Shown: in pieces, positions 1 to 13,600 of the stretch
Numbering within the stretch: the first letter of the stretch is position 1
Layout: each line of letters starts with the position of its first letter
Assembly: GCA_964199315.1 (NCBI GenBank)
Contig: OZ116702.1
Location: forward strand, 33,852,001 to 33,916,000
Reading direction: 5' to 3'
DNA length: 64,000 nt
Origin: Orbicella franksi
Lineage: Eukaryota
Position numbers and translations under genes: made by a program
Notes under the pieces: model-generated
The model's input: the letters and a program-made list of their open reading frames with translations, nothing else
What the model was told of the DNA's origin: nothing
The model's database searches: none

Positions 1-160
1 AAGCGTTCGCCATGCATATGCATGGCGAAATGATTTGAACAAAATATTTGATAAAGAGAAAAAAAAAGACATTACACAAGACTGGGAATTCAGCAGTCTC
101 TAATATCACTTTGGAAGGGGAAGAAACAAAAAAAGGGAAAAGAAAAAAGAAAACACAAGT

Positions 161-289
161 TATTACAACACGGGGTTTACGTATTTGGTGACCCATCCAA
201 ACATGAACCCCGCCGAGCAGGGCTTAACTTTGTTGAGCCACTTGAGCGGACGAGACGCAGTGCTGTTCTTGCGGTATTATGACTCTACG
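161..289 (-). pseudogene. 5S rRNA-derived sequence (5S pseudogene or SINE3-type head)
   Basis: The reverse complement reads CGTAGAGTCATAATACCGCAAGAACAGCACTGCGTCTCGTCC...AAGTTAAGCCCTGCTCGGCGGGGTTCATGTTTGGATGGGTCACC...CCCCGTGTTGTAAT. It shows recognisable 5S box A (AAGTTAAGC) and box C (TGGATGGGT-ACC), is diverged, has a small GCTCAA duplication and is followed by a T-rich tail. Confidence 0.75.
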
Positions 290-1022
290 TTAGATATTTT
301 TTTCCCTCTCAATAGGTAACAAAGAAAAGAAAAAAAAACATTTTTATCGCCTGAGAAAATAAAAAAAACGAAAAAATAGAAATGAAAATGAGAATCCGAT
401 TATTCTTGCTTTGCTGATCGGACAAGAAGCGGTACTTTCTTTGTGTTAAAATGGAGAAAATCGACAGTAAAGAAGCTAGTGATCTATGAGAAGAAAAGAG
501 GGGGTCACCGACAATTAACTGAGAGTAAACTGCGAGTGAAGTTAACGCAACCGACCCCTGGAAAGAGTAGTGCTGTCTTAGATCTTTGCAGGACCGTTCT
601 GAGGTAATGTTAGCACGTGATCAGCAGAACCAGGCGGAGGTCTAGCGGAGCACCATAACTACAGGAACAGAACCACATGCATGCATAGAAATAAAAACCA
701 TGCAACTCTTTTTTCATGGTTAACATGGCTAGCGGCATGGATCGCGGGCGCGTGTTCCCTACGACGACGAAAAGCGACGACATCGCGCAACGTGGCGGCC
801 ATTCTCCAGCTAATACCAAATCATGTAGCCTTGGTTTACAGCGTAAATCTTTAATATTGTTATGGTCAATTGACACCTGTCAAATCAAGGTATCCGCTGA
901 CCAGTATCACATGACCATATCGCGGGCTCAGGCTTAGAGCTGATTGAGGTCACATGTTTTTTAGGGCGATCGCTGACCGAGTATTGGGTTTCCATTGGAT
1001 CGTGGGGTTAACTTCTTGTAAT

Positions 1023-1255
1023 CAGGGCGGAGCCGGTCAGCGCTAACCCAAGATCAAAAATCAACCGACGTTAACAAATTTTTCTTGCTTTTCACTGCTT
1101 ACGTTTTGTGTAGTTTGAAGTCATTCAAACTCAAAAGAGAAGGCCAAATATAATATTAACAGAAAAACTCATCCGGCAAAGTTACAAAACTCAAATCAAA
1201 ATTCTCGCTGATCCTGGGTTGACTTAATCGATAATCTGGCTTTAAACAACCCGCC
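1023..1255. mobile_element. MITE (about 235 bp), degenerate copy of the family also at 50125-50362
   Basis: Shares long internal blocks with the 50125-50362 copy (GCTTA(C/T)GTTTTGTGTAGTTTG, TTCAAACTCAAA, AAAGTTACAAAACTCAAAT). Terminal inverted repeats are eroded. Confidence 0.75.
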
Positions 1256-1285
1256 TCCGCTTTTAGGCTTGGCTAAATCTATGTA

Positions 1286-2526
1286 TTATTGGATGTTAAC
1301 ACTGAAGCCTGGCCTAGCTAGCAACTCCTGACCACTCCTCGACTTTCTCTTTCGGAGCGGTCTTGGTCCTGTCCATTTCTCTTCCACTGGATTTGTATCC
1401 GTGTGTAGTTTACAAAACTTGTCATCCGGCTGTGCCTTAACTTTGACAAGCTGCAAGGTTGCGTCCGTTTTGTAAGTAATAGGGCGGTTTTCAACAGCGT
1501 TAGGTTTTTTCATCTTTAGAAGCTCTAACACAGCGTTTCCGAAGTGACGGTTCCTGAAGCAGTAAACAAGAGGATTCGCTACAGAATTCAACTGGAGGAA
1601 GACCTGCGTCCAGAGGAAGAATACACTTTGGCGTAATGTCGGGTCGCGGTGACCTCAAACTCCGATAATAATCGATGGAGTGCACGAAGACATCACGACT
1701 GAAGTCTTAGCAATTTTTCTCTCTTGCTGAACCTTAACAAGGGCAGACACCTTGCTGATTTGCTCCGTCTAATTTAAGACTAAAGACTTCGAAGATGGAA
1801 TCTAATCGAAAATGGAAGGCAGAATATCATTATAGGCAATAAGTCCGGGATCTTGTAGTCGATGCGGGGTGTTTCAAGTAAACAAAATTGCACTATTACA
1901 GTGAATATTGTTATCAGCAAAGCTATTCTCGCATATCTCTCGACACGGCTTTTCGTAACTGTAACTGTGTGTTCAATCTATTTTGTTACTGCCATATATC
2001 GTTCCCAAGCGATTACAGTCAAAAGGAATAAAGAATATGTAAAAGTTAATTCTAAGACGAGTGCAGATATCAAGAATAATGTACAAAAATTCATGACATA
2101 TACCTTTTGGAGCACATTTACACCAAAAACGATCGTCAAAGGCATAGAAACAGTCCAAATTAACAGATCCGCTTCGGCTAAGCTACAGAACAGAATGTTG
2201 GAGCTCCTCTGCAACTCTTGCTTCTGTCGCATTGCGATGAGCACCAGGACGTTCAAAAGAATGGTAACCGGACAAGCAATGGATGTGACCACTACAGCGG
2301 ACTGTAGAGCGGAAGTCGCCTGCGAACAGGCTCCCGGAGAGGACGGAAAAAATTTCGGCGAGCGCGAAACAGAAGAATTCGGAGCCTGTTCGCAGGCTAG
2401 AGTGGAAGTGTCATTGAGGTGCAATATAAACCCTTGGGAGTATTGACAGCTAAACTGCGTCGACGACGCCTGATGATCCTGCCTTGAAAAATTACCGGAT
2501 CTTGCATCGTTGTCTTCTAATCTCAT
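1286..2526 (-). pseudogene. Rhodopsin-like (class A) single-exon GPCR pseudogene
   Basis: Motifs seen: TM1 ACPVTILLNVLV, TM2 SLAEADLL, TM3 end IAWERY, TM7 LNSVANPLVYCFRNRHF. Lesions: in-frame TAG at 1978-1980 where Trp is expected (TK*IEHTVTVTK); a frameshift/deletion around 1760-1800 that disrupts TM5; a shortened TM6 with another stop near 1650. ATG assumed at 2524-2526. Confidence 0.85.
2318..2397. mobile_element. 80-bp mini inverted-repeat element inside the GPCR N-terminal coding region
   Basis: Perfect 17-bp terminal inverted repeats: GCCTGCGAACAGGCTCC (2318-2334) and GGAGCCTGTTCGCAGGC (2381-2397). Confidence 0.8.
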
Positions 2527-3563
2527 TTTAATGCCGAATCTTCCTCTGAAATAATTAATTGCAGTTTCTCGAGGAGCTTTGGTCAAATTATTAACTTTCG
2601 CGCGTTTACTTTCTAGTTAACAAAAGTTCAACGAGCTCGAGCGACCCGCAGAGAAATACTGAGCTGAAGATGTACCCTTAAAACAGCTGCTGATTGGATA
2701 TCGTTATCAAGACGCAAACTGCTTCCAATGTGCACGATAAACAGAACATTATTTGTTTTGCTCCGTACGCGCCTGTACGCAACAGGTGTTTGTTTAGGAC
2801 TTAGTTTTGTCGTCCGAAGACAGGAAAAGAGAACATTAACGTGACATAAAACAGGATGACGGAATCTCAGTTGGAAGGGACCAAGACAGAAACCGAAATC
2901 AAGCCGCTGGATTCCAGTCGGTGTCATTTTACTTGCGTACTGATGAATTCTTTTCACGATTCCATGCGCGTAACAACGCAGCTGGAACTGGCTGTACGTT
3001 TTTCTCCCAATATTTACTATTTCACGGACCTAGGGCAAGATGAAATTCACTCTGTGGTATAAAAATTCATGAACTGTCCATCTTCTGTCCCCGTCAAAAA
3101 GGGAAAGGGGAAAGCGGCGCGGGCTCATTTTCCCCGAACAACGGTTGGTAAATCGAGCCCAACCTCAATCCAGGGTTAGAGACTGAAAAATTCCTTTTTA
3201 CGTTGTCATCTCCAATTAATGCCCTAAGTTTGCGAGATTTCACCATCTTATTATCTGAAACGAGACCCTCAAGAAGAATTACATGTTCAATTTAACGTGA
3301 CACAAATATAACGAGACCATACGCACGAAAATACGAAATAAACAAAAAACCTTTCCTGCGAAGTAATATATTTTAAAGAAACATCGTGCGTTTAGCCAGG
3401 CTGTGAAAGAGTCTCTTTTTAATTTTTTTCTCGAGATGTCCGTGCGGGAATTCACGGTGACACGAAGCTCGCGCGGCAGGGGCACGAAATTCTCACACTC
3501 GTTCCAGATCCCATTGGGATCGTGGTTTGCCCAAAGATCCGAGACCATTCCAGTGTAGCTGTC

Positions 3564-3620
3564 AACAAACAAACAAACAAACAAGCAAACAAGCAAACAA
3601 GCAAACAAACAAACAAACAA
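3564..3620. repeat. (AAAC)n-like microsatellite
   Basis: Direct reading: AAAC/AAGC tandem units. Confidence 0.9.
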
Positions 3621-4660
3621 TTTCCACGAGCAAAATCACTGATACACTAACACATTCAAGTTCCAGTGTTCATATCAAGCCCTCAACACTAACACTGTTT
3701 CGCGTGTATAATAACCCAGCGGTTCTCCTCACACCTTCTTTATTTATTAGTCCTAGGAAAATGAATTGACCACTACACGTTTTGTCAGTGTTCACCTTGT
3801 GAACAAGACGGTAGGAAAATTCCTGTCCGCTTTCAAGCCTTAAATACGGTTTATTGCCAGTTCCGCATTATCAAATAAGCGTCAACTTGGAAAGGTAAAC
3901 GGCAAGTACTTTTTGTGCTCTGAAATGACTGAAAGCGGAGCCTTTGAGAAAACGAGAAATTTACGAAACAAAAGCCCCGTCTAACACTTAGACAACTAAG
4001 GTCCTTTTTTTTTCACGATAGCTTCGAATGATGTTAAAGAAACATCACACGTGACTCGTCTAGAAAAAAACATTCGTTGTTCGTCATCCTTCTGAATCTT
4101 TCCCAATCTCATCCATTCTTGTTTCTTTTTGTTTTATTATTACTTCTTCGATGTTTTTCTACCTTAGTATAGTATTATTTTGAGGTGTCCTTCGATTTGA
4201 AACTAACTTTGTACATCGCAGAAAAGTGGCTTGATATATAGTGCCGGACATTGCTTCTTCTAAACCGAGCAAACACCGCATTGACAAAAATGCTATTCTT
4301 GTTCGAAAATATAAAATAAACTCGCGTATATAAAATTATCTTCTATAGTCCTTTTAACAGTTTAATTAAACAAATCAGCATCAGGGCTATTTTGGAAAAT
4401 TGGTGAAGTTTTTTCGTATAAAGTTTTCGACCAATCAGAAGGCGCGTCATATCACTGCGACGCCGTTAAGAGCAGTGGTTATCTGATAACGACTTTGAAC
4501 CAATCAGGAAGAGCAAAAGATTCCTGCTGTTCTCTTAAATCAACTGGCCAGTGCGCCTGAGTTCAAACCATTTACTGAATATGTCAGGTCCTTTGATCTG
4601 AATTAGACATGGCAATCCTAACTGAATTAGAGTTTAGTAACTAGCGTGTATCTTGATTCA

Positions 4661-7600
4661 CTACGTGTCGTCTTTTCTTTTACTCTTTAGTTTATCAAAT
4701 CTCTTTTGGAGGTGATCGTTAACGGTTTGCAATTCGCCTATTTCGTCTTGTGCTTTACGAAGCTGCAAAAGTAAAAGAATAAATTTAAATTAAATAAATA
4801 GCTTAAAAATAAAATAAAGTTAATGTCAGAGTGAACGTCAGCCAGTCGGTCGGTCGGTCCGTGCGTCCGTCAGGTCAGTCAGTCAGACGAATGGACGAGA
4901 CAAAAACGAAAAAAAGTTAGAACAAACCTCTCTTTGCAATTTTCTTTTTTCAGCCTTGAGTGAATCCTCCGTCGCTTCCTGTAAGAAGACAATTGTACTT
5001 GATTATCTTACTATGATAATCTATAAAAACCTAGGGTTTTTTGCATCTGAGCTTATTTGAAAATTAAGATAGCACTCTCGTTATCGACAGTTAAAGACAC
5101 CTCTGACGTTTTAAAACAGTGAGTATATTGACAAGTCAATTCTTACCGCCGCCTCCGCCTGGGTTTTGTACCGCTTCACTTGACTTTCCACTCTCGCCAC
5201 CTAAACAAGACAGTTATAAGCAAGTTGATAATTCACGTGCCATCAAGCTTGTCACGCAAACTACGTAACGCAACACGTTTACGGTAGCAAAAAAAGCAGG
5301 AAATGATCAGGAAAGTAAAATTGAACGCTTTTTAACATATAGGACTTCAAAGTTTCACAAAATATTAACTGAAGGGTATTTTCATTTGGTCAACAGTTAT
5401 CACATTCTCTTGTTCCAGTATCTTAGATTTCTATGTTGTAAAGGAATTTTAAAGACGCTCACAAAAGTATGACAGATGAGTGTAAACACTCCAACAAAGC
5501 TGTCAGAGAGAGACGGGATGAAAACATTTGTTTGAGCAATTTAAAATTTGATCTTTTTTTCATTTGCAATGAAACATTTTCCTCCATGCTGTCAACAATA
5601 ACACTTCAAAGAAGATTTTTGCTGAATAAATAATTTGTAACAGTTTACACTAAACTCTTCGCTGACCAAAACTTGCACAATTGAGATATGTTATGCCTTA
5701 AACAATAAGCATGTAAAACTGTATTTACATTAATCTGAAGAAGGCAACACATTTAATCAACCAGTCTCTCAAAATGTTTAGTGGATCAATCTTTCATATT
5801 GAACCTGATGTGACGGTATTTTGCTGTCATGCCAGCGCTAACCTGTTCCTCTGGTTACTGCACTCTTAAGAAAGATTGTTTAAGTTCCGTGACTTTATTT
5901 GTTAACTTGCCACTATAATGCAATAGATCAATAACTGAAGAGGTGATCAAGTTCCACGGACTGAAAAATTTGTGTCAAGATTCATCATTCTCCCGTAGGA
6001 AAGAACCCAGTCCTGCAATGTCCTGCAGTTCTTTGACAACCCCTCCCCCCCCCTCCCCCGTTTGTCCGTCTGACAGTGTGCACATCATCTCTTCCCTCAG
6101 ATCTCCATTCATGAGAGATTTCAGTTGTCAGCAATTAGCGCTATTCAACTCATTGAATGACCGACTGAATAATAACTGATAATTGACTGAATCAGCGACA
6201 TCTTTAACTATTATCTCAGTCCTTCAGTTCTACTTACAAGTCCTTCAAGTCGCGCATTGTCCTGCTCAGCTTTTTGTAGCTTTATTTTGAAATCATTTAT
6301 TTGCCTACTAAATTCTCCTGGAAAGCAAACGGAAACATAGCATTACCAAACATGAGCCACCACGTTGCTGTAAAGGGATTTCATTAGGGGCCGGGCACTG
6401 GGCAAATTGCCCAGCTTTGAGGATGATTTTGCCCGCCTGGTTTGACCATCTTGCGGAAAGCTTTCCTTATAAAGAAGTTCAGTTCAAAAAGTTTTGTCCC
6501 ACTGTGAAAACCAGTTGCTCTTCTGCTGAAAACATTAATGACACCCCTGACTACACTGCATGTGACTGATGGTTTAAATGTCTCAAGGTCTCCAGAGCAG
6601 TGTATGTTTAACACGGGTACAGAATGATCAAAGCTTTGGTTTGCTAGCACCAGGTGCACAATAAGGTTAGTAGTTAAACTGTTACAAATTTGTTACTCAG
6701 CACTCGGAAGATGTTGCATGATTATTTGTTATTTGACCACAGGTTTTAACATTAGTGGTTATTTTACACCTATTGAACTGCAACATGTGGTAAAGCATTA
6801 TAGTGCATAATTTAAATATAAAATCTTGTGTCAGAGCTAAAAAAATGTGTAAAATAATATGATAAACAAGAAATGCTTTTAACAGAGCAATGAAGATGAA
6901 ATGAGTGGGGTCAAAGAGTGGTGCCATTTTTTCTAGAAAATTGATGAAAATGAAAATTCTGAACAATAGTAATAATGATAATGATAATGATGACGATGAT
7001 AGTAATACAAAATAATGTAAACGCAATTTATTTTGCAAAGAGAGCTGTCACGAGCTTGTTATGAAGTGTTTATGAAAAGAGACTGATTTGGAGGGTGTTG
7101 GATTTTGTGGGGGGCAGATAACTGGAGAACCCACTTACAAAGGTGGGTCCAGATAAAGCACTGTGACATGTAACTGTATAGTCACATAAATTGCCTGTTT
7201 TATTTCGTACATTTTTCTTTTACTTTTGCAATGACTTGTGTAATTGTGTATGTGTCTGGCCATAATAAGTCTGGTTCATGATGTAACGACATAAAAACTC
7301 CACAATATGACAGAAAAAAATAATTTTTCTAGTAATGTTGTTATGCTTACGCCATTACATGTATGTATTAACACAAGGTGTTTGTGTTAATGCTCTGACC
7401 CTGCTGTTATGTCACTAGTGTTGACCAGGAATTACAGACAAGATGTAATGTTCTTGAAAGGATAAAGGAAAAGAACAAGCACAATCCAAGGTAACACATA
7501 CTTCTAAGTTCTTCTAAATCAGCTGTAATTGCCTTGGGTGTTTCAGTATCTTCTCTCTTCAGTGACACTACTTCAGCTTGAAGATTCTTAATCTGCAGAA

Positions 7601-10600
7601 AAAAAGAAACGTTATTACTGTATATTGATTAGAAATAATATTAAGAAAACCTTTGAACAAACTCGGAGGACTTGTTCTACTCAACGCTACAATAACTTAC
7701 AATGAGCTTCAAAATGCAGAAAAACAAATGCCATAACATGACCTGTCTTTTAAAACTTTGAGCTCCTAAATGGCATTTTTGTTGGGGGGGGGGGGGGGGT
7801 AGGCTTAACTAGATGCAGAACTTTTTACTAAACATTTAACCAATAAACCATTGTGCATAAACTGAAAACATCATGAAATACAGAATGAAACTTCATGTTT
7901 TGCTTTGGACAACTTGTGCTGGCAAAAGAAAAGAGATATGCACACAGTGCCTCTAGGATGAATTCATAACCAAAAGTTAGGAGAGTGATGTAGAAAATAA
8001 TAGTGAAAGATGTTCTCACCTGTAAAACTAATACATCCTTTTCATCTGATAAGGAAGGACGGCGACTGTTTGAACGACTCTTTGGTGGCTCTGACACACT
8101 GCTTCGGTCTAATATTATACAACAAGAAACTAAATACACTCACATAAATTATACTGTTAAGTAAAAATTTATCTTCAAAACTATACCTGCTTTATAATAC
8201 AACTTCTCCCACACTCAGATTTTAATTTATACAAACTTCTTCATTTCCCTCTTTTCACACAACTGCTTGGTAAATAGCCTAAGATGTTCTCATGATATGC
8301 CATGGATTGTCATCATCGATTCCTTCTCATCCCATGTGGAATAATGTTGTTGATGACTTAAATTTTTAAGATAGCTTCAGTTCTTGACTACTTTGAATTT
8401 GAATTGGGTGGGTTACCAGGGGTAGGACCATTCCATGGGCAGCACAATGCCTGCTTAACAAAACCTCCAAGGAGTTTGTGAGCCAAAACCCCCATTGAGG
8501 ATTTGTGTGTCGCATGATGCAATGAGAACTGATGATGATGACAACATGACTTGTATGTACCTGAAGAAGTTTCATCAGGGACAGCCAAACTAATAGCATC
8601 TCTAAGTGAAACTGTGCTTGCTTCTTGATCTTTGCAATCCTTCAATTCCTGGTCTTCATAAAGGGAAAGACCTCGCTCCTGAGAGAACAAGATTAGTTAC
8701 TAACTTAACATCAGAAATCTTCTGTTACACTCCAGGGAATGAAACAGTACAGCACAAGGAAGGGCTTCTTTCAATGTCCAAACGCTCTTTTCCTCAGCAA
8801 AAAAACAAAAAAACAAAAAAACAAAAAAACAAAAACAAATCTCTTCTGAATTTGTACATGCAAGGAAAAATAGCACTGTTGAAAAGAAGTGAGGGGGGGA
8901 TGAAAACCTATTTTAATGGTTCCCCTCTTGGCATTAAGGAGCAGTTGAAGTAAAAATTCAAAGACTTTTCAAGGACATTCCAGGCTAAATTCCAATTTTT
9001 CAAGGACTCTATCCAGTAGAATACCGTTACAATGTGACACTAGATGTTCGGGTTTAAGGGATAACTGCCTCATTTGTTCAAGTATAAATCTTTTTTTTTA
9101 GTTCTTCCACAACGTGGAAACAGTCAAACAACAAATCTCAAGGTTTCTCAAGGACCCAAAGTACTTTCCATGGACTTTCAAGGCCATAAATTCTAATTTT
9201 CAACTTCAAGGACTTCCAGGGAATGCACGCAGACCCTGTATATAAAATATAATTCAATCTCTATTCTTATTTCAGTCCATACAGCATATTCTTTTAAACA
9301 ACATTGGGACCCTAACCATCTGGACCTGGATCTGGATCTGGATCTGACACAGGGCTGACCGCAGTATTATTTTGTTCCTAAGCACAAACTTACCGCCAAG
9401 AAGTTATCTCTAAATTCAATGGCTTCATTTAGTCTCTTGATTTCTTCTTCATTCCCCTTTATGGTCTTTTGGTATTTACTGCATTCCTGAACAAACAAAA
9501 TACAGGTCATTACTTGCTACCAGTCACTTATATGCTGTGCAAAATGGCAGGTTTTTTATCTTAATTTTTGGTCACGAAAACAGCATTTACCTTTGTTTTC
9601 TCTTTAAATTCAGCCTTAACTTCACTTGAGATTTCTTCCTCTTCAGCCAGCCTATGACATGAAAATTCAACGTCATTAAAAACAGGAAATGTTCACACTA
9701 GTGAGTCTGAGCAGCGGGCAAGAGTTCACGTAAGGACTTTTGATAATGCCTGTACCATAACTTGATAATTTTCTTCATTCTCATGGCATGCCTATTAGAC
9801 TATGCATTGATATTGCTAGGAGAAATTCCTGGTTGATCATGTTTGCTTCACTGTACCTGTCCTTCAGACAGTCCACTTGATACAACAGTGCCTGCTTCTC
9901 GTTGTCTAGTTGAGCAATTGATACCATTGCTTTCCTGTACTTTTCTTCTGTTTCTTTCAAATTGTCCTGAGAATTGAAAAAAATATCATGTCAGTCACAC
10001 TTGAGACACTTACTTGACATCTGAATTGGTGCCAAATAATATTGTGTGGTTCCAGAAAATATCAATACCCTCACCACCGAGGGGATTGGAAATTCCAGAG
10101 GGAATTAGGGCTACTCCCTCCAGAGTTCCCACTACTTTTTATAGTTGAGGGTCATTGTAACCCCCAGTGATTTGGGGGTTCTTATGGCTTTTCAGGGTTC
10201 CTTTACCTATTACTAAAATTTTTGAAACTCTTATCCTGTATCCTTGGGATGCACTTTGCCAAAAAACTGTCTTTTTTTTGTGCGTACTAGACGCATAAGA
10301 TGCACACCAGTGCGTTAATGGGAACTCTGGCCTTGTGTGCCACTTTTTTTGTTGTTACCATACTTTGATGTCATCTGTGACCTATTACTGAACAGATGCA
10401 CTGCAACATGGAATCTTTTGTTAAATAAATGACACAAACCTGAATGCTCTTCAAGACCTTTTCAGGCACCAGTGGTCCATTCATGTCAATGTTCTGATCC
10501 TTAGTGGTGGTATTTATGCCTGATGATCCCGCAGAAATTGATCGTGCTACTGGAGCCTTCATGAAAACCACAAAGAAACTTGTGAATTTTTACAATAATA

Positions 10601-13600
10601 TGGTACAGAATAGCTGCAATGACAGGATTTCTTAACCCAATAAAATGTTCAACACATACTTTTAACAGGAGCTGGGCACAAGGACATTATGGATACAACA
10701 GTATGCTGCATAACTACCTGCCAGTAAATTATCTGATACAATATCATACATATGGACTGGACAGTCATTCCAAACAATGATGTTTGGTCTAAGACATTGG
10801 TGCTTTCAATAAAGACTGACAGCAGCAGGTGCTCCAGTGGGTCACCTTTTGAGCATCATCAACTATATGTATACAATATTAGTGGTTTTCACAAATTAGC
10901 CCTCAAGAGACCAAGTTGTTACGCTGCAGGGGTTTCATTAACATTTTAAGTAGGAGGGCAATGGGTTTTCACAGGCGAGCAAAACTTTTTGAACTGAACT
11001 TCCTTATAAGAAACATGGGCAAAATCATCCTAACAGCTGGTCAATTTGCCTTGTGCCTGGCCCTTGATGATACCCTGAGTTAACAATAATAAATAATGTC
11101 ATCCAGTAGCCATCTTACCTTCTGCTTTCTTGCTGGTGGGATTGGTGGCTCATCATTTATGCTCTGGTCATCATCATCAACCTAAAATATGACACCAGTA
11201 GGCCATGTTCTATGTATATCAATATTCTAGCATGGCTCCGAGGTCTTCAGGACAAACTTCTATATTATTTTAGTGGTGTTGACTTTGTATCCAAGTCTCT
11301 TTGGGGAATTGAGGGACAAAAGAAACTTAAAATTGGCAATTTTAACCTGAAAGCCTCAGAGCCATGTTAGAATATTGATATATCGAACGTGGCCTATTTG
11401 AACTTTTAAATTTACATGTACATGTACCTTTAGTCAGATTTTGCTGGAACATTCTTATAGACAACAATAAAGTACTGCAGATAGGTTGACACAAGCCAGT
11501 CCAGAAAAAGCTATAATTTTATGGCATTGCAGATGTACATTGCACACAATATTCATTTAGAATGTCTAATGTGTAGTTCCAGAAAATATCCAGACCTTCA
11601 CCAAGGCAGGGATTTTCTCTAAGAACCCCCTCCCCTCCACCCCTCTTGAAATCCCAATTGAGCTTGATACATTTCTTAAAATGTTTGGTCTTGGAGATCC
11701 CCCAACTCCCAAGAAATTCCAAACCCTTCTGTAGGGGGGGGGGGGGGGGGAAGAGGGGAAAGTATGGATATTTTCTGCAAATGCACAATACAGAATACAT
11801 GTGTAACAAGACATTTTTACAATTTTCCTACAAAATCAAGCTCAATAAAGGTGGTATGCTGAAATACTTATTGACTAAGTTACATGTAGATAACAGGACG
11901 ATTAACGATGTTAGTCATTATGCGTGGACCATGGGGGTACTTTGTCTGTATGCCATGACGCAAAACCAAATGTTTGTCCATCAGCCTTAGCATAGCACAT
12001 TTGTCTGAACTATTAATCACTCATATTGTGTGTGATTTGAAAAAATTCAAGAATGCAGTGCAGACAAATGTATGATCTGAAGCGTATCCAATCTGCTATG
12101 TCTGTGCTTTAAAATTGATGCCTTAACTTATATTTTTTTTCAAACTAGTGTATTTTCATCGAAGGGGAAGGGGGAGTCTAAAACCAATTGTTTATCTGAC
12201 TAACAAATATGGGGAAATTTCTTGCATAGCCTAATGCAGGGCTGTCATTCAGTTTTGATTCACCTTTAGCCTTGATCTTCAAACCTGTAACAAATTTGTT
12301 ACTTTATGGGTGAATTGTATCAACTACCAAGTTCACCCGTAACAAAAGAGGGCCATCAAGCATGCTCAGCTGTAACAGATGCTACAGGTTATGGCCCTCA
12401 TTGACAGCCCTGTAATGGAGATGAAGATGGACTATAAAGACAGAGACAGCAGGTATTTAAATCTAGGAGAGTGCAAAATAGATAAAATCTTGTTGAAGTA
12501 TGGTTAATGTGGGGGTAGTGAAGGGGTTGATACAGAATCCCGTTGGGGATATGGTAGGGTTAGAGACTGAGGGGAATGGGAATAAAGAGGTAACTTCATG
12601 AGTAACTCCCTGGGACTTGTGACTTGTACCTTCTTTGTAACTACTGGTTCTAGAGTGACCAAATTTACAGCACCTTTCTGCAGTAGATAATGTAAATAAA
12701 GCAACTAAACTCATTGTTGGCTATGTGGACATACATTTTCTCCTTCCTGTTGCTGGCGTTCAAGCTCTTTCAGACGAATACTTCTCGCCTCAGCTCTGGC
12801 TGCTCTCTTAGCGGCAAGACGTGCTTCAGCCTAAAGTACATAATTACAGCCATTATACACGACACAAACTTAAATCCAATCAAATCACATCTTTATTCAC
12901 ACTGTTTTAATCACAGAGGAAGAAAAAAATACAGAAAATAGTGGAAAACAAGTGAAGCTTATATAACTAACAAATATATCAGTTTTAAATGCGTCTAGCA
13001 TAATAAGAAGTGAGCTTCTGGGTTGGCTCAAAAGCCAACTCATCCAAACTGCTTAAATATTAATTTAGGCAAAGGAAACAGTTCACAGACAGGCAAAACA
13101 ATTCAAAGACAAAGGACACAAGATTCATGCAGCAAGTTTGCATGTATGTGTGCTTCCATACACTGGCAGAAAATACAAAGGGGCAATATATTACACTTAT
13201 TATTCTTTTTTTAAGAATTTGCCTATCAACAACTTCTCGAAAATCACAAGAAAATGAAATTACTGCCCATCAAAATACCATAGTTAAAGCACTGTGAAAT
13301 ATCTATGTCAGCCTATTTTGAAAATGACCAATCAATGAAGTGGTTTATGATAGCTTTCAGTTCCAGTTTGCAAACAGGCAAACATACTTTGCCTAACACC
13401 TAGAAAATACAAAGGGGCAATAGATTACAGTTAGTATTCTTATTTTAAGATTTGCTTAACAACAACTTCTCCAAAATCACAAGAAAATGAAATTGCCGCC
13501 CATCAAAATACCATAGTTAAAGCACTGTGAAATATTTATGTCTGCCTATTTTGAAAAAGACCGATTAATGAAGTGATTTATGATAGCTTTCAGTTTGGGT

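Noticed and set aside
610-937. Short ORFs at 610-876 and 716-937
   Set aside because: They overlap common interspersed repeat sequence and show no coding signature.
1862-2446. 194-aa plus-strand ORF
   Set aside because: Antisense to the GPCR pseudogene, with no recognisable domain.
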